In this document: piece after piece, positions 9,192 through 19,437 of the stretch | Layout: each line of letters starts with the position of its first letter | Numbering within the stretch: position 1 is the first letter of the stretch | Virus record (IMG/VR): IMGVR_UViG_3300033076_001145 | Coordinates: 1-64,000 of that record | Length of the DNA stretch: 64,000 bases | Origin: a virus | Lineage: Duplodnaviria; Caudoviricetes | Reading direction: 5' to 3' (one strand) | The notes under the pieces: model-generated | The model's database searches: none | Told to the model about the DNA's origin: nothing | The model's input: the letters and a program-made list of their open reading frames with translations, nothing else | Translations under genes and position numbers: made by a program

Positions 9192-10139
9192 TTATATTTT
9201 TAACAAATTTAATGTATGTTTTATTCTATTTTCTTTTGATAGATAATTTTCATAGTATTCTCTCGCATTTTTTGAAACAAAGTTTAAAAAATGTTTATTA
9301 TTTATAACTTCTTTAAATTTGTTTTCAATTAGTTTTGAGTGTTTTTCCTCACCTAATCTATCTTTTAGAACATCTCTTTTTTTAGGTAAGTCTAATTGAA
9401 TTGGGATAGAAATGTAGTGGTAATTAGGGATTAACGCAGGATTTAATGTTGTAACAAAATCAAATCTTAGTAATGGTACTCCCATTGCCATACATTCAAT
9501 ATCCCTATAACATAAGTCACCATTAGCAACCCCACCTATTGATAAACATATTTCATGGTCGCTTAGATTGTCAAAATAATCTTTATTTACAACTTTATTG
9601 GTTTCGGACAATATTTCTTTATCAATAAAATTGACAATTGGTCGGTATTCAGTATTACCTTTAAAAAAAAGTCTTGGAATTAATTCTGTCTTTTCTTGTC
9701 TTTTTTTGTAATAAATTTCTAAATCAATTACATCTTGTTGAAAAAATATCCATGGTAAATATTTGTTAGCGTTTTCGCGTGTATGATGAACAATTTGGTC
9801 AGGTATGTACTGAGAATATAAAACTTTTTTTAAATGTGGATTGGATTGTTCGAGTAAAATCCCACCAGTCATCTGTTCGGCAACTGATAAAATCCAAAAA
9901 TCTCCACTATCTTCGTCTTCAATAACATACTCACATTCCATTAACTCTAAGTATTCATGGGTTCTCTTTTTTAATTGGATTTTCATTCGACTAAAATGTG
10001 CCCCATCGTAATACCTATTTTCCACAACATTATGACTCTTTTTTAATTCTTCAGTTAAGTCATCCCAAAATAAATTGTATTCTCGATAATATCGTGTATT
10101 TTCATTACAAGGGTTATGGATGATTAAATTTCTTCTCAT
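9192..10139 (-). CDS. GT-B glycosyltransferase-like protein (GT47/GT90-like C-terminus)
   Basis: LFFKG, CLSIGG...CYRDIECMAMGVP, PNYHY, NAREYY. Confidence 0.6.
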   Translation of the reverse strand: MRRNLIIHNPCNENTRYYREYNLFWDDLTEELKKSHNVVENRYYDGAHFSRMKIQLKKRTHEYLELMECEYVIEDEDSGDFWILSVAEQMTGGILLEQSNPHLKKVLYSQYIPDQIVHHTRENANKYLPWIFFQQDVIDLEIYYKKRQEKTELIPRLFFKGNTEYRPIVNFIDKEILSETNKVVNKDYFDNLSDHEICLSIGGVANGDLCYRDIECMAMGVPLLRFDFVTTLNPALIPNYHYISIPIQLDLPKKRDVLKDRLGEEKHSKLIENKFKEVINNKHFLNFVSKNAREYYENYLSKENRIKHTLNLLKI

Positions 10140-11224
10140 GATATAAAATCGTTTATTTTATTTAACGCAGAATCAATAACTTGATGCATATCATAGTACT
10201 TATATTCCGCCAATCTCCCCCCAAAAAAAGTATTCTTCACATTTTTAGTTTTTTCCAAGTACTTTTCAAATACTTTTTGATTTGTTTCATCATTTATTGG
10301 ATAGTAAGGTTCTGAATCTTTTTCCCATTCAATTGGGAACTCCTTAGTTATAATAGTTTTAGTGCTATTAGAATTTTCAAAATGTTTATGTTCAATAATT
10401 CTAGTATATGGAATATCGATGTCAGTAAAATTCATTTGTCCAACCCCTTGGTAGTTTTCAATATCTAAGGTTATGTGTTCAAATGATAGTGGCCTGTATC
10501 CTAAATAACCAAATTCATAATTAAAAAATTTATCTATAGGACCGGTGTAAATTATCTTTTTACATAAACTATCATAATGTTCTTTATTTTTAAAATAGTC
10601 AACATTTAATTTAACTTCGATACCTTCTAATAATTTTTCAAATAATTCAGTATAACCATTTTCAGGTATCCCTTGGTATTTGTCAAAAAAATAATTATTA
10701 TCAAATGTAAGTCGTACTGGTAATCTTTTAATAATAAATGGAGGTAACTCTTTTGGGTCTTTCATCCATTGTTTTGTGGTATATCCTTTTATTAATTTTT
10801 CATATACTTCTTTACCAACTAATGATAATGCTTGTTCTTCCAAGTTTTTTGGGTCCCCTTTAAATTTTTGTTCATCAATTTTTTCTAATACTTCCTTTGG
10901 TGAATTAATGTTCCATAGTTTGTTAAAAGTGAACATATTAAATGGTAATGAATATAATTCATTATTATAATTGGCAATTGCATGGTGCCTGTAATTATTA
11001 AATTTTATAAATCTATTAACATATTCCCATACCTTTTCATTGGATGTGTGGAAAATATGAGGTCCATACTTATGTACATTAATCCCTTCTATTTTTTGAG
11101 TGTAACAGTTACCACCGATATGGTCTCTCTTATCGATAACCAAACATTTATACCCTAAATCCGTAAGTTCTCTAGCGCAAACCGAGCCAAATAACCCTGA
11201 CCCAACAATTAAAAAATCATACAT
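10136..11224 (-). CDS. glf: UDP-galactopyranose mutase
   Basis: GSGLFG, HIGGNCY, HKYGPHIFHT, YQGIP, EPYYP, GRLAEYKYYDMHQ. Confidence 0.97.
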   Translation of the reverse strand: MYDFLIVGSGLFGSVCARELTDLGYKCLVIDKRDHIGGNCYTQKIEGINVHKYGPHIFHTSNEKVWEYVNRFIKFNNYRHHAIANYNNELYSLPFNMFTFNKLWNINSPKEVLEKIDEQKFKGDPKNLEEQALSLVGKEVYEKLIKGYTTKQWMKDPKELPPFIIKRLPVRLTFDNNYFFDKYQGIPENGYTELFEKLLEGIEVKLNVDYFKNKEHYDSLCKKIIYTGPIDKFFNYEFGYLGYRPLSFEHITLDIENYQGVGQMNFTDIDIPYTRIIEHKHFENSNSTKTIITKEFPIEWEKDSEPYYPINDETNQKVFEKYLEKTKNVKNTFFGGRLAEYKYYDMHQVIDSALNKINDFIS

Positions 11225-11225
11225 A

Positions 11226-12473
11226 TTAATATAAATTACCTGTTATTCTTTGTCCCCAACCTTTTGATTCTGAATGTGGCCAAACAACCCAATATTTTGG
11301 GTTTTTTGTTGTTTGGAATTCTCTCCACACTTTACAATACCCATCGGGGTCGTTTTTCATTCTTTGGATTTCTCCTTTATCAGCATCTTTTCTGAAAACT
11401 GTTTCATCGTTTTCATCGTGGAATGCGACCGCCCAAAAATCGTAATCATTTTCAGGAACCTGTGAATACCCAATATCAATACAGTGTTTGAATATTGAGG
11501 CAAACGAATCCATCCATTCTTCTTCTGAAGAATAATTATATGTGTTTGGTGGGTATTTTTTATCTATTGTTTCTTGTTGTACCGCTCTACGTGAAAACAA
11601 CAATCCTGAATATTTTTCATAATCACGAAGGGTTCTTACTTTACCAAATCCATACTTTCCGTGGTCCATTGGGGGTTCATTATCCATTCCAAATAAGGCT
11701 CTGTTTTTCTTGTGACAAAATGAATTTCTTTCAACCCATTTTTTATCATCATCCCATTGTTTTGTTCTACCCTTTCTTGTGTATTCGTGCCAAATCAATG
11801 TTTTATGTGGGTGAAATAAATCATATCCGTGAGTATATGCTCTTGCGGCGATTGAGATTTCTTCCCCATGAAAATAATAATCGGGGTCGTGTTGAACCTC
11901 TTTCGCAAATTGTCCTAACGTAAAACAAAAATGTGCCGAATAGAAACGTGACGTTACAGGTTCAGTTAAGTTTTGCCAACCAGGAATTGTTTCAGGAAGG
12001 AAAAATACTGCCCCTTCAGGAATAAACCTATCAAACGTCATTCTCCACGGCTCTTGTACTCTACCTTGTGGGTCATTATCAGGGTCAAATGATGAAACAT
12101 AACCTGTAAGTAATGGTTTTTTATGACCTTTCTTTTGTAATTGTTTAATCATTTTAATCATCTCATCATCCCAATTTGGGGCAAATCTCATATGAGAGTC
12201 TATTTGAAGAGTGTATTTCTCGTTTGTATATTGTTGTTGTATTTGATTTCTTGCCCAACACGCACCTTTTGAATCTTGGTAAGGTATGTCCAATACTTTA
12301 AATCTAACATCTCCTGTGTATTCAGATAAATCGTCAAATTTATCATCAGGGTGAAATTGTCTTGCGATAGAAAAAACTAAATTTTCAGGTTTTTTTGCAT
12401 TATCGATTGCGGATTTTATTGTTTTAACAAGTTCGGGGTCTCGATATGAGGCAATTTGAATAAAAATTTTCAT
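11226..12473 (-). CDS. GT60 (Pfam GlcNAc)-type polypeptide N-acetylglucosaminyltransferase
   Basis: IFIQIASYRDPE, GACWAR, LQIDSHMRF..WD, FYSAHFCF, DP..YFHGEE, RAYTHGYDLFHP, WHEY.R; matches the Dictyostelium Gnt1/Gnt2 and T. cruzi OGNT family motifs. Confidence 0.85.
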   Translation of the reverse strand: MKIFIQIASYRDPELVKTIKSAIDNAKKPENLVFSIARQFHPDDKFDDLSEYTGDVRFKVLDIPYQDSKGACWARNQIQQQYTNEKYTLQIDSHMRFAPNWDDEMIKMIKQLQKKGHKKPLLTGYVSSFDPDNDPQGRVQEPWRMTFDRFIPEGAVFFLPETIPGWQNLTEPVTSRFYSAHFCFTLGQFAKEVQHDPDYYFHGEEISIAARAYTHGYDLFHPHKTLIWHEYTRKGRTKQWDDDKKWVERNSFCHKKNRALFGMDNEPPMDHGKYGFGKVRTLRDYEKYSGLLFSRRAVQQETIDKKYPPNTYNYSSEEEWMDSFASIFKHCIDIGYSQVPENDYDFWAVAFHDENDETVFRKDADKGEIQRMKNDPDGYCKVWREFQTTKNPKYWVVWPHSESKGWGQRITGNLY

Positions 12474-12523
12474 ATTTTTTATTCAAAAAGTATTTGAGAA
12501 AGTAAAAAAATTAAATAGTTAAA

Positions 12524-14815
12524 TTATAAACTGTCATTACAATCTTTTAGGGTTGCAAATGGTCCTCCGTTAATTGTTGAGTTAGTGTATGTGATTTCTA
12601 CACCTTCGATGTAGTATGTGGTCACATATGCACATCCGTTAAATCCTCCTGGTGTTGTTATTGAATATATTTCACCTTCTTGGAACGCTCCGCTTGGGTA
12701 ATTTATATTCTCAACTGCGAATTTATTAATTATTGATTTCGCAATCGAATATGATGTTGATGGGCTATTCGCAAATGTCGCAGTAAGGTCTCCCCATGTA
12801 TTACCTGAAAAATCTGTAAGAGTTATTGACAAATAATCATCTAACCCAATGGTCGTAACCGATGCACTTCCATATAAATTTGTAAATGGACCTCCGGTAT
12901 TTGTAAGTAATGCTTGGGTTCTAATTCTACTTGGTAAATCAGATATTGTATCCCCAGCCAAAATATTAACAGTCATAGTTATTAAGCTTGTATCATTGAC
13001 TTTATATCCACCAACAGTAAATGAACAATTCTGATAAAATGTGTCGGTTATAAAGAAATTTCTATTAACCGCAAAATTATTTGAAGTATTAACATACACA
13101 CTTGATGAAGGTATAAATACTGCTCTGGTTACCATCCTACTTGGAGTATTGGTCGGGGTATTTGACGGTTGGGGAGTTTGTGTTGAAGTTGATGTTGGTG
13201 TTGGAGTTGACTGTTTTGTTGGAGTAACTGTATTAGTTGGGGTATTTGTTGGGGTTTTGGTAACACTTGGAGTTGGGGTATTTGATGGGTTTGGAGTATT
13301 ACTTGGAGTTTTCGTTGGTGTGTTTGTTGGAGTTTCGCTTGGAGTAACGCTATTTGTTGGTGTATTCGTTGGAGTAAGTGTCTGAGTTACTGTTGGAGTA
13401 TTACTCGGTTGAGCGGTTTGAGTTGATGTTTTTGTTGGAGTGTTAGTCGGGGTGTTAGTTTGTGTTACCGTATTACTTGGGGTATTGGTTGGTGTTTGAG
13501 TATTTGTAACCGTTGGGGTATTTGACGGATTTATTGGTTCGTTTGTTGGTGTATTAGTTGGTGTGACGGTATTAGTCGGAGTGTTAGTAGGTGTGGTAGT
13601 GTTAGTAGGGGTATTTGTTGGTGTTGTGGTTGTTGTAACTGTTGGCGTGTTTGATGGGTTTGGAGTTTCTGAGTTTGTCGGAGTAATAGTATTTGTAGGA
13701 GTGTTTGTAGGAGTGTTTGTCGGTGTAATAGTGTTAGTGGGTGTTGGAGTATTGGTTGGGGTTTGGGTCGGGGTTGCACTATTAGTTGAGGTATTTGTTG
13801 GAGTACTGGTAATAGTAACTGTTGGGGTACTGGATGGTTGGACTGATTCAGTTAGTGTTGGGGTTATTGTCGGTGTAACAGTATTAGTGGGAGTATTGGT
13901 CGGTGTAATTGTATTGGTAGGAGTGTTAGTTGGTGTTACGGTATTAGTCGGAGTGTTAGTAATTGTAGGAGTATTAGTCGGAGTTGTAGTATTAGTCGGG
14001 GTCTGCGTCTTTGTCGGAGTGTTAGATGGATTTGGAGTTTCAGTAGATGTCGGAGTCGTAGTGTTTGTTGTCGTAATACTTGGAGTCAATGTATTAGTAA
14101 CCGTAATTGTCGGTGTTGGTGTGTTAGTTGGTGTTTCAGTATTTGTTGGTGTATTAGTTGGTGTAATTGTGTTGGTCGGAGTTTGAGTTTTTGTTGGAGT
14201 GTTAGATGGGTTTGGAGTGTTTGCCGGTGTTCCTGTTACAGTTTGAGTTGTAGTATTAGTGGGGGTGTTGGTTGGGGTAATAGTATTAGTCGGTGTATTA
14301 GTGGGAGTAACTGTATTAGTTGGGGTTTGTGTTGTCGTCGGTGTATTAGTCGGTGTAACGGTGTTAGTCGGGGTTTGAGTTCTTGTGGGGGTGTTAGATG
14401 GGTTTGGGGTTTCAGAATTTGTAGGTGTGATTGTGTTTGTCGGAGTATTTGTTGGCGTTACAGTAGGTGTGACTGTAGAAGTATTTGTGGGAGTATTTGT
14501 TGGTGTCTGAGTCGTAGTAGGAGTTTTGGTAGTTGTATTTGTAACAGTAATTGTTGGGGTAATACTTGGAGTTGGTGTTATGGTACTTGTAGGGGTCGGC
14601 GTTGGGGACTCACAACTAAATGCAACTGTTAGTGTTTGGTCAATACTTTGGAAATAAAAATTAAAATTACCATTATAACAAGTTTCATAGGTATAGGTAT
14701 ATGGAAAACTCAAATCAGACCCGATTAAAGTGTTGGACCCATCTGACGTATTGTAAAAAAACAAATCAAATGTATATGATTGAAAATTTTCCGAATTAAA
14801 AACTATACTAGCCAT
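12524..14815 (-). CDS. Mucin-like virion protein: ~68-aa N-domain, ~490-aa Thr/Pro tract, ~200-aa C-terminal globular domain
   Basis: 763-aa ORF dominated by TPTNT/TPTVT repeats; overlaps the upstream gene; no signal peptide apparent. Confidence 0.85.
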   Translation of the reverse strand: MASIVFNSENFQSYTFDLFFYNTSDGSNTLIGSDLSFPYTYTYETCYNGNFNFYFQSIDQTLTVAFSCESPTPTPTSTITPTPSITPTITVTNTTTKTPTTTQTPTNTPTNTSTVTPTVTPTNTPTNTITPTNSETPNPSNTPTRTQTPTNTVTPTNTPTTTQTPTNTVTPTNTPTNTITPTNTPTNTTTQTVTGTPANTPNPSNTPTKTQTPTNTITPTNTPTNTETPTNTPTPTITVTNTLTPSITTTNTTTPTSTETPNPSNTPTKTQTPTNTTTPTNTPTITNTPTNTVTPTNTPTNTITPTNTPTNTVTPTITPTLTESVQPSSTPTVTITSTPTNTSTNSATPTQTPTNTPTPTNTITPTNTPTNTPTNTITPTNSETPNPSNTPTVTTTTTPTNTPTNTTTPTNTPTNTVTPTNTPTNEPINPSNTPTVTNTQTPTNTPSNTVTQTNTPTNTPTKTSTQTAQPSNTPTVTQTLTPTNTPTNSVTPSETPTNTPTKTPSNTPNPSNTPTPSVTKTPTNTPTNTVTPTKQSTPTPTSTSTQTPQPSNTPTNTPSRMVTRAVFIPSSSVYVNTSNNFAVNRNFFITDTFYQNCSFTVGGYKVNDTSLITMTVNILAGDTISDLPSRIRTQALLTNTGGPFTNLYGSASVTTIGLDDYLSITLTDFSGNTWGDLTATFANSPSTSYSIAKSIINKFAVENINYPSGAFQEGEIYSITTPGGFNGCAYVTTYYIEGVEITYTNSTINGGPFATLKDCNDSL

Positions 14816-16718
14816 ATGTTATATCATTTACCAATCCAGAACAATCCGGACATCTTGTATCAAACAATAAAAATTTATTTTTTAAAACATTGAAATTATG
14901 AACCACTTCCGCATATGTTAATGGTTCGACATACATTCTAAATTGTGAAATTGCCCCGTCAAATGTTCCACCAAAAGTTGGTTCTAATAATATGTTGGTC
15001 GTTAATGCCGATAAAGATGTTCCTGACAGTATATTATTTGGCATACACTCAGGGTCTTGTTGGTAGGTTAGACCTGATAATGTCGTTGGACATCCTGATA
15101 ATGTTAGGTTCTCCCTAAGTCCCTGAGTTCCTCCACCCCAACTAATGTTAAATGGAACACCTAATTGCTTTTCCTTTTCCGTGTTTAGTCCTCTTGGAAT
15201 AATTTCTTCAAATCCATTTATAACAAAAAACAATCTTCCATTAATATAAATTTTTAATGAACCTAATCTATAATTTGTTTGAGATAACCATTTTTCATTA
15301 AGTTCAATAACCTCAATTTGTTCGGCAACTGTTCCTCCTGTATGTGTAAATGGTGGGGCAATTAATGATGTGGTATCATGAGATAAAGAATTAACATAAT
15401 ACTCGTTGGTTATTAATCCTAATCCACCTCTATAGTATAAATCACACTCATCAAAATATGAGTTTCTTTCCCAAACGCAATCAATCAAAAACCAATGTTC
15501 TTGATTTAAATAACTTGGATTAACTGTTTGACAGTATTGATTAATGGTATTTGTTGAGCAGTATTCTGTTATTGTATATCCTGTTGTATAAGTAATACCT
15601 GTCGTTGGACACGTCCCTGTTACCTCACATCCTCCTGTGAATTTTAATACTTTAACGCACACTTTAGGATTACTTGGGTCACCCGACAGTCGTATCGACA
15701 TTGAGTTTGATAGAGTATCTAATAATGGATTTTTATCACCATTTGCAACATTTGTGGTGTTATTACATCCACAATTACAAGAAGTATTATGTTGTTCGGT
15801 ATATACCAATGGTTCATACACCTCAACACATCTAGAATTAGTTACCGCACTATTTGAACATGAGCATGTTTTGAAACATTCTGAAAGTCCTGAAGTTACT
15901 CTTGTATAGCCTGAATCTGATAATGGGAACCCGTCAGCATGATGATAGTACTTATTTTCAGACCTTGTTCCAAAGTAGAAAAAGGTATTTCTATTCTCAG
16001 GATAAACTTCATTTAATGTTGTTTGATTTGGTAATGGATAAAACTCATCATCCAATCTTGGTTTTAATAACATTTCAGAAGTCCAACCTTTGTTAGTTCT
16101 ATTTGGAAAAACTTCGTAATCATATCCGTGTAATTTAAAAAATCCTTGGTGAAATCCTCCATATAGTTGATTGTAAATCCCTATCGTCGACCCTGTTTTT
16201 GTTACAATATTATATAATGTTTGTTTAGTATTACCTGAAAATCTATTATTGACACTCGTGTTACCTGTGACCGGAATAAATTTTAATCTTCTATCATAAT
16301 GATACCTATCCCATTTTGAATCACCTGTAAATAACCCCATTGTATAATATAGAGTTTCGCCTGAAATTTGAGTTGTTAGTCCGTTATCGATACCTGTTAA
16401 TCCAATATCACATAAAGAAGTTGCAGTATAACATGTTAAATCGTCATTATTTGGATTATAGTAATTTAAAGAAACTAATGTGTTTCCTGTATTATAGTCA
16501 CCGTAATTTAGACTGAACATTCTGGAACTACCCGAGTTATTTAAATCAAAGTGAATTGGTAATCTATTACCGTCATTAATACCAATAATTTGATTAGAAA
16601 AAACAACTTCTTCGTTATAATCCCTTTCATCCGACGCTAAGGAAATATCAAAAATTGGTTTATGTTGAGTGATAAACCATCTTTTATAGTTATATTGATT
16701 AATATTCTGTTGAGACAT
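14808..16718 (-). CDS. Cys-rich probable virion protein with a LamG/ConA-like C-terminal signature
   Basis: LKIYING...[18 protein letters not shown]; CSC and CNCGC clusters; TATTTAT upstream. Confidence 0.6.
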   Translation of the reverse strand: MSQQNINQYNYKRWFITQHKPIFDISLASDERDYNEEVVFSNQIIGINDGNRLPIHFDLNNSGSSRMFSLNYGDYNTGNTLVSLNYYNPNNDDLTCYTATSLCDIGLTGIDNGLTTQISGETLYYTMGLFTGDSKWDRYHYDRRLKFIPVTGNTSVNNRFSGNTKQTLYNIVTKTGSTIGIYNQLYGGFHQGFFKLHGYDYEVFPNRTNKGWTSEMLLKPRLDDEFYPLPNQTTLNEVYPENRNTFFYFGTRSENKYYHHADGFPLSDSGYTRVTSGLSECFKTCSCSNSAVTNSRCVEVYEPLVYTEQHNTSCNCGCNNTTNVANGDKNPLLDTLSNSMSIRLSGDPSNPKVCVKVLKFTGGCEVTGTCPTTGITYTTGYTITEYCSTNTINQYCQTVNPSYLNQEHWFLIDCVWERNSYFDECDLYYRGGLGLITNEYYVNSLSHDTTSLIAPPFTHTGGTVAEQIEVIELNEKWLSQTNYRLGSLKIYINGRLFFVINGFEEIIPRGLNTEKEKQLGVPFNISWGGGTQGLRENLTLSGCPTTLSGLTYQQDPECMPNNILSGTSLSALTTNILLEPTFGGTFDGAISQFRMYVEPLTYAEVVHNFNVLKNKFLLFDTRCPDCSGLVNDITYG

Positions 16719-16724
16719 TTATTG

Positions 16725-16752
16725 ATAAATATAACTTTTCAAAGTATTTATA
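16725..16752. promoter_or_regulatory. Back-to-back TATTTAT motifs serving divergent genes
   Basis: ataaata at 16725-16731 (minus gene starting 16718) and tatttata at 16745-16752 (plus gene starting 16765). Confidence 0.65.
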
Positions 16753-16764
16753 AAATAAAACTCA

Positions 16765-17643
16765 ATGGAATTTAGAAAAGAATATTTTTATAGGCCGTAT
16801 TACTTTTATTTAACTGAAAGTAATGAGGAAATTTCTTTGTATTTTTCATATTCAGAAACATTAACTGAGTCTAGAAAAAATGACGAGGTTGTAAAGTTCA
16901 ATAAGAAAGACAAACCTGAATTAGAAAAAGAAATCAAAGATATTTTTAAATCCAAAAAAGAAAAATCAACTAAAGATATTAAAAGTAGATTAAACAAAAA
17001 GAAAAAAGAATTGGAAGAATTAGTGGATGCTAATGGTAGTTTTAAGGACTCTAGTATTCCGATTTTAAATCCAAAACTTTCACCAAAAGGGACTACTGAC
17101 CAAGAGGTGGTTCAAAATATGCAACCAGGAAATCCTCTTTGGAGAGGTTATAGAGTATATTGGGGTGAGAGTGAGGACAAAGAAGGTGAAGTTGTTTCTG
17201 AAATTGATTTATCGGGTTCTTTTGGGTTCGATGAGACTGAAGACTTGTCAGGTCCCGAGACTTATAAAACGTATGTTGATGAACTTGGTATGGAACCTGA
17301 GGATGCTAAAAAAAGAACAATCCAACAAGGTAAGACACCAAGTAAAAAGAAACACAAAGAACGTTTAAAAAATGTTCCTAAAAAAATTAAGGATGACCCC
17401 AACTTTATCGATAGAATGACTTTAGTAGAAAAAGAAAAAATTGAGGAAGAAAGAAAACAAAAAATGCTACAAATGGTTGAGGATATGTTAGTAAAAGACA
17501 AGACGGATGACCATGAAGTGAGTAGAAAGTCAAAAAATGTTAGTTCATTAATATATAAAAATTTATCGTCAATAAAAAAGTTGGCAAATAGAGAAGGAAT
17601 ATCAATAAATGATTTAGTTAAAATATTAAAAAAAGGTGAATAG
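16765..17643 (+). CDS. Hypothetical charged protein, possibly head-internal
   Basis: 292-aa K/E-rich ORF with LTE/LEE motifs. Confidence 0.7.
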   Translation: MEFRKEYFYRPYYFYLTESNEEISLYFSYSETLTESRKNDEVVKFNKKDKPELEKEIKDIFKSKKEKSTKDIKSRLNKKKKELEELVDANGSFKDSSIPILNPKLSPKGTTDQEVVQNMQPGNPLWRGYRVYWGESEDKEGEVVSEIDLSGSFGFDETEDLSGPETYKTYVDELGMEPEDAKKRTIQQGKTPSKKKHKERLKNVPKKIKDDPNFIDRMTLVEKEKIEEERKQKMLQMVEDMLVKDKTDDHEVSRKSKNVSSLIYKNLSSIKKLANREGISINDLVKILKKGE

Positions 17644-18085
17644 TAATTTATACGGACAAGTATTTCCAATACCTGATAATATTTTGAGTAATTTACAAAA
17701 ATATTCAGGTAACGAAACTATTGATAATTTATTAAACTCTAAAGAAATATCATATTCTAATTTAAAAAAAATCTTACATGACATGAAAAATGGTGAGAAA
17801 GAAAAATTGGGTGGTGATTTTTTTGAGGGGTGGGCAAAAAACACATTATCAACTAACAGAGATAACGTTACAACATCTAAAAGAGCAAAAATGAAATCAG
17901 GACAGGAAAATGCATTTATATCTCCACATGAAAAAAGAGATAAAAATAGTGTTCGTCCTTCTGAAAGACATAAAAAATCTTCCGAAAGACATTCAACATC
18001 AACAGACAATTCGTTTCTTAAATTGGAACAAAGAGTTATTGACGAGTTGAAAACAATAAATGAAATAATGAAAAAAATAATTTAA
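17636..18085 (+). CDS. Hypothetical protein
   Basis: 149-aa ORF overlapping the upstream gene. Confidence 0.7.
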   Translation: MNSNLYGQVFPIPDNILSNLQKYSGNETIDNLLNSKEISYSNLKKILHDMKNGEKEKLGGDFFEGWAKNTLSTNRDNVTTSKRAKMKSGQENAFISPHEKRDKNSVRPSERHKKSSERHSTSTDNSFLKLEQRVIDELKTINEIMKKII

Positions 18086-18089
18086 GATT

Positions 18090-18380
18090 ATGGCAACATA
18101 CATTCCATTAGAACTTACACAACCGCAAAATAAATTAACTCAAATTGCGGAACAAAAAAGAAAAGAGTTAGTTGTTAAAAATGACTACACTTTAGATGCA
18201 AATGAGTATTCTCAAACAAATGAGGATGCAATTTCCGATGGTGATAACAAAGGACGTGGTACTGGTAATTATTTAGATACTGTTAATGGTGGTACTATGA
18301 TTGATACTGTTATCAGAACTGAAGAATATGCAAGAAACAAATACAACCCAAAAAACCCATATAACACAAATCCTCAGTAA
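18090..18380 (+). CDS. Hypothetical protein
   Basis: 96-aa ORF in the operon (DGDNKGRGTG, NKYN..NPY). Confidence 0.7.
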   Translation: MATYIPLELTQPQNKLTQIAEQKRKELVVKNDYTLDANEYSQTNEDAISDGDNKGRGTGNYLDTVNGGTMIDTVIRTEEYARNKYNPKNPYNTNPQ

Positions 18381-18386
18381 TCCGAA

Positions 18387-18788
18387 ATGAAACTTTACAA
18401 CATCTTAAAAAATGTTATTCTAGAAGTAAGTATGGAACAAGTTACCAATTCTATAAAGAATAGGAACATTGTTACATTTTATTATGATGGTGATAAAGAC
18501 GGAGGACAAGGGTTAAGAGTTATTGAGCCTTATTGTGTTGGAACATCAAAAAAAGGTAATAAAGTTTTAAGGGCGTATGACTTAGAAGGGGCGTCTCACA
18601 CTGCAAAAACAGGAGAACAACCTCTACCAGGGTGGAGACTTTTCAGGTTGGATAGAATAGGTAGTTATTCTCCTGACCCAAGAGAAACCTTTGATGTACC
18701 AAAACCTTTATATAACCCAAATGATAAGGGTATGGTTGGAATTAAGACTTGTGCCAAATTTGAAATTGAAAATTTAGAAGAGATATGA
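18387..18788 (+). CDS. WYL-domain protein
   Basis: FYY...RVIEPY...LRAY...WRLFRLDRI. Confidence 0.8.
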   Translation: MKLYNILKNVILEVSMEQVTNSIKNRNIVTFYYDGDKDGGQGLRVIEPYCVGTSKKGNKVLRAYDLEGASHTAKTGEQPLPGWRLFRLDRIGSYSPDPRETFDVPKPLYNPNDKGMVGIKTCAKFEIENLEEI

Positions 18789-19378
18789 CAGAAGATTTTA
18801 TACAAAAACTAATGATTTCCAAAAAAATCATGGAGAAATCAGACAAAATTGCTAGAAATACTAATGGTACGGGTATGGTAGATATTAATGAAAGTTCTAT
18901 CCCATCAACACCTGAACTATATCAAGCATCCCCTATACAAGCGTCTTATAATATTCCTCAGGAGTATATGGAATCATCTCCGGCGCCTAAAAAAGTAACA
19001 CCACAACAAATTACACCTGAAAGAATTCAAAATTCTAAATTACCTGACGCAATCAAAAAATTAATGATTGAACACCCGATAAAACAACCCGAATCTTATT
19101 CTCCAACAATTTCTAATGATATTATTGAAAAGGCTGCGAGGTTAATGAGGGAAGAAAAGGAAGTCACATTGGATTCAAAAAAAACAAACACAAATTATTC
19201 TCAACCAAAAGGGACTAATTCTGACATTAAATCCATAATTAGAGAAACCTTAGAAGATATTCTTAAAGATTATGGTATTTTAAATGAATCAGAATCAAAG
19301 ACAAAAGACCAATTCCAATTTAGAGTTGGAAAACACGTTTTTGAAGGGACTATCACAAAAGTAAAAAAGATAAGATAA
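18785..19378 (+). CDS. Hypothetical protein
   Basis: 197-aa ORF, ATGA overlap. Confidence 0.7.
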   Translation: MTEDFIQKLMISKKIMEKSDKIARNTNGTGMVDINESSIPSTPELYQASPIQASYNIPQEYMESSPAPKKVTPQQITPERIQNSKLPDAIKKLMIEHPIKQPESYSPTISNDIIEKAARLMREEKEVTLDSKKTNTNYSQPKGTNSDIKSIIRETLEDILKDYGILNESESKTKDQFQFRVGKHVFEGTITKVKKIR

Positions 19379-19390
19379 TCTAAACTATTA

Positions 19391-19419
19391 TTGAATTAAC
19401 TGTAATTTTCATTTATAAT
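19391..19419 (+). promoter_or_regulatory. Sigma70-like promoter TTGAAT-N17-TATAAT
   Basis: Intergenic, upstream of the GT4/exonuclease/dUTPase operon; AT-rich background lowers confidence. Confidence 0.4.
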
Positions 19420-19437
19420 TGTTGAATAGTAACAATT

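Noticed and set aside
12849-14632. Plus-strand VGV-repeat 'membrane' ORFs and the off-frame minus ORF 13531..13779
   Set aside because: Shadows of the 763-aa mucin-like gene
12524-14815. TxT periodicity as an ice-binding beta-solenoid
   Set aside because: High Pro content is incompatible with a beta-solenoid. An antifreeze-glycoprotein-like role cannot be excluded but has no support here.
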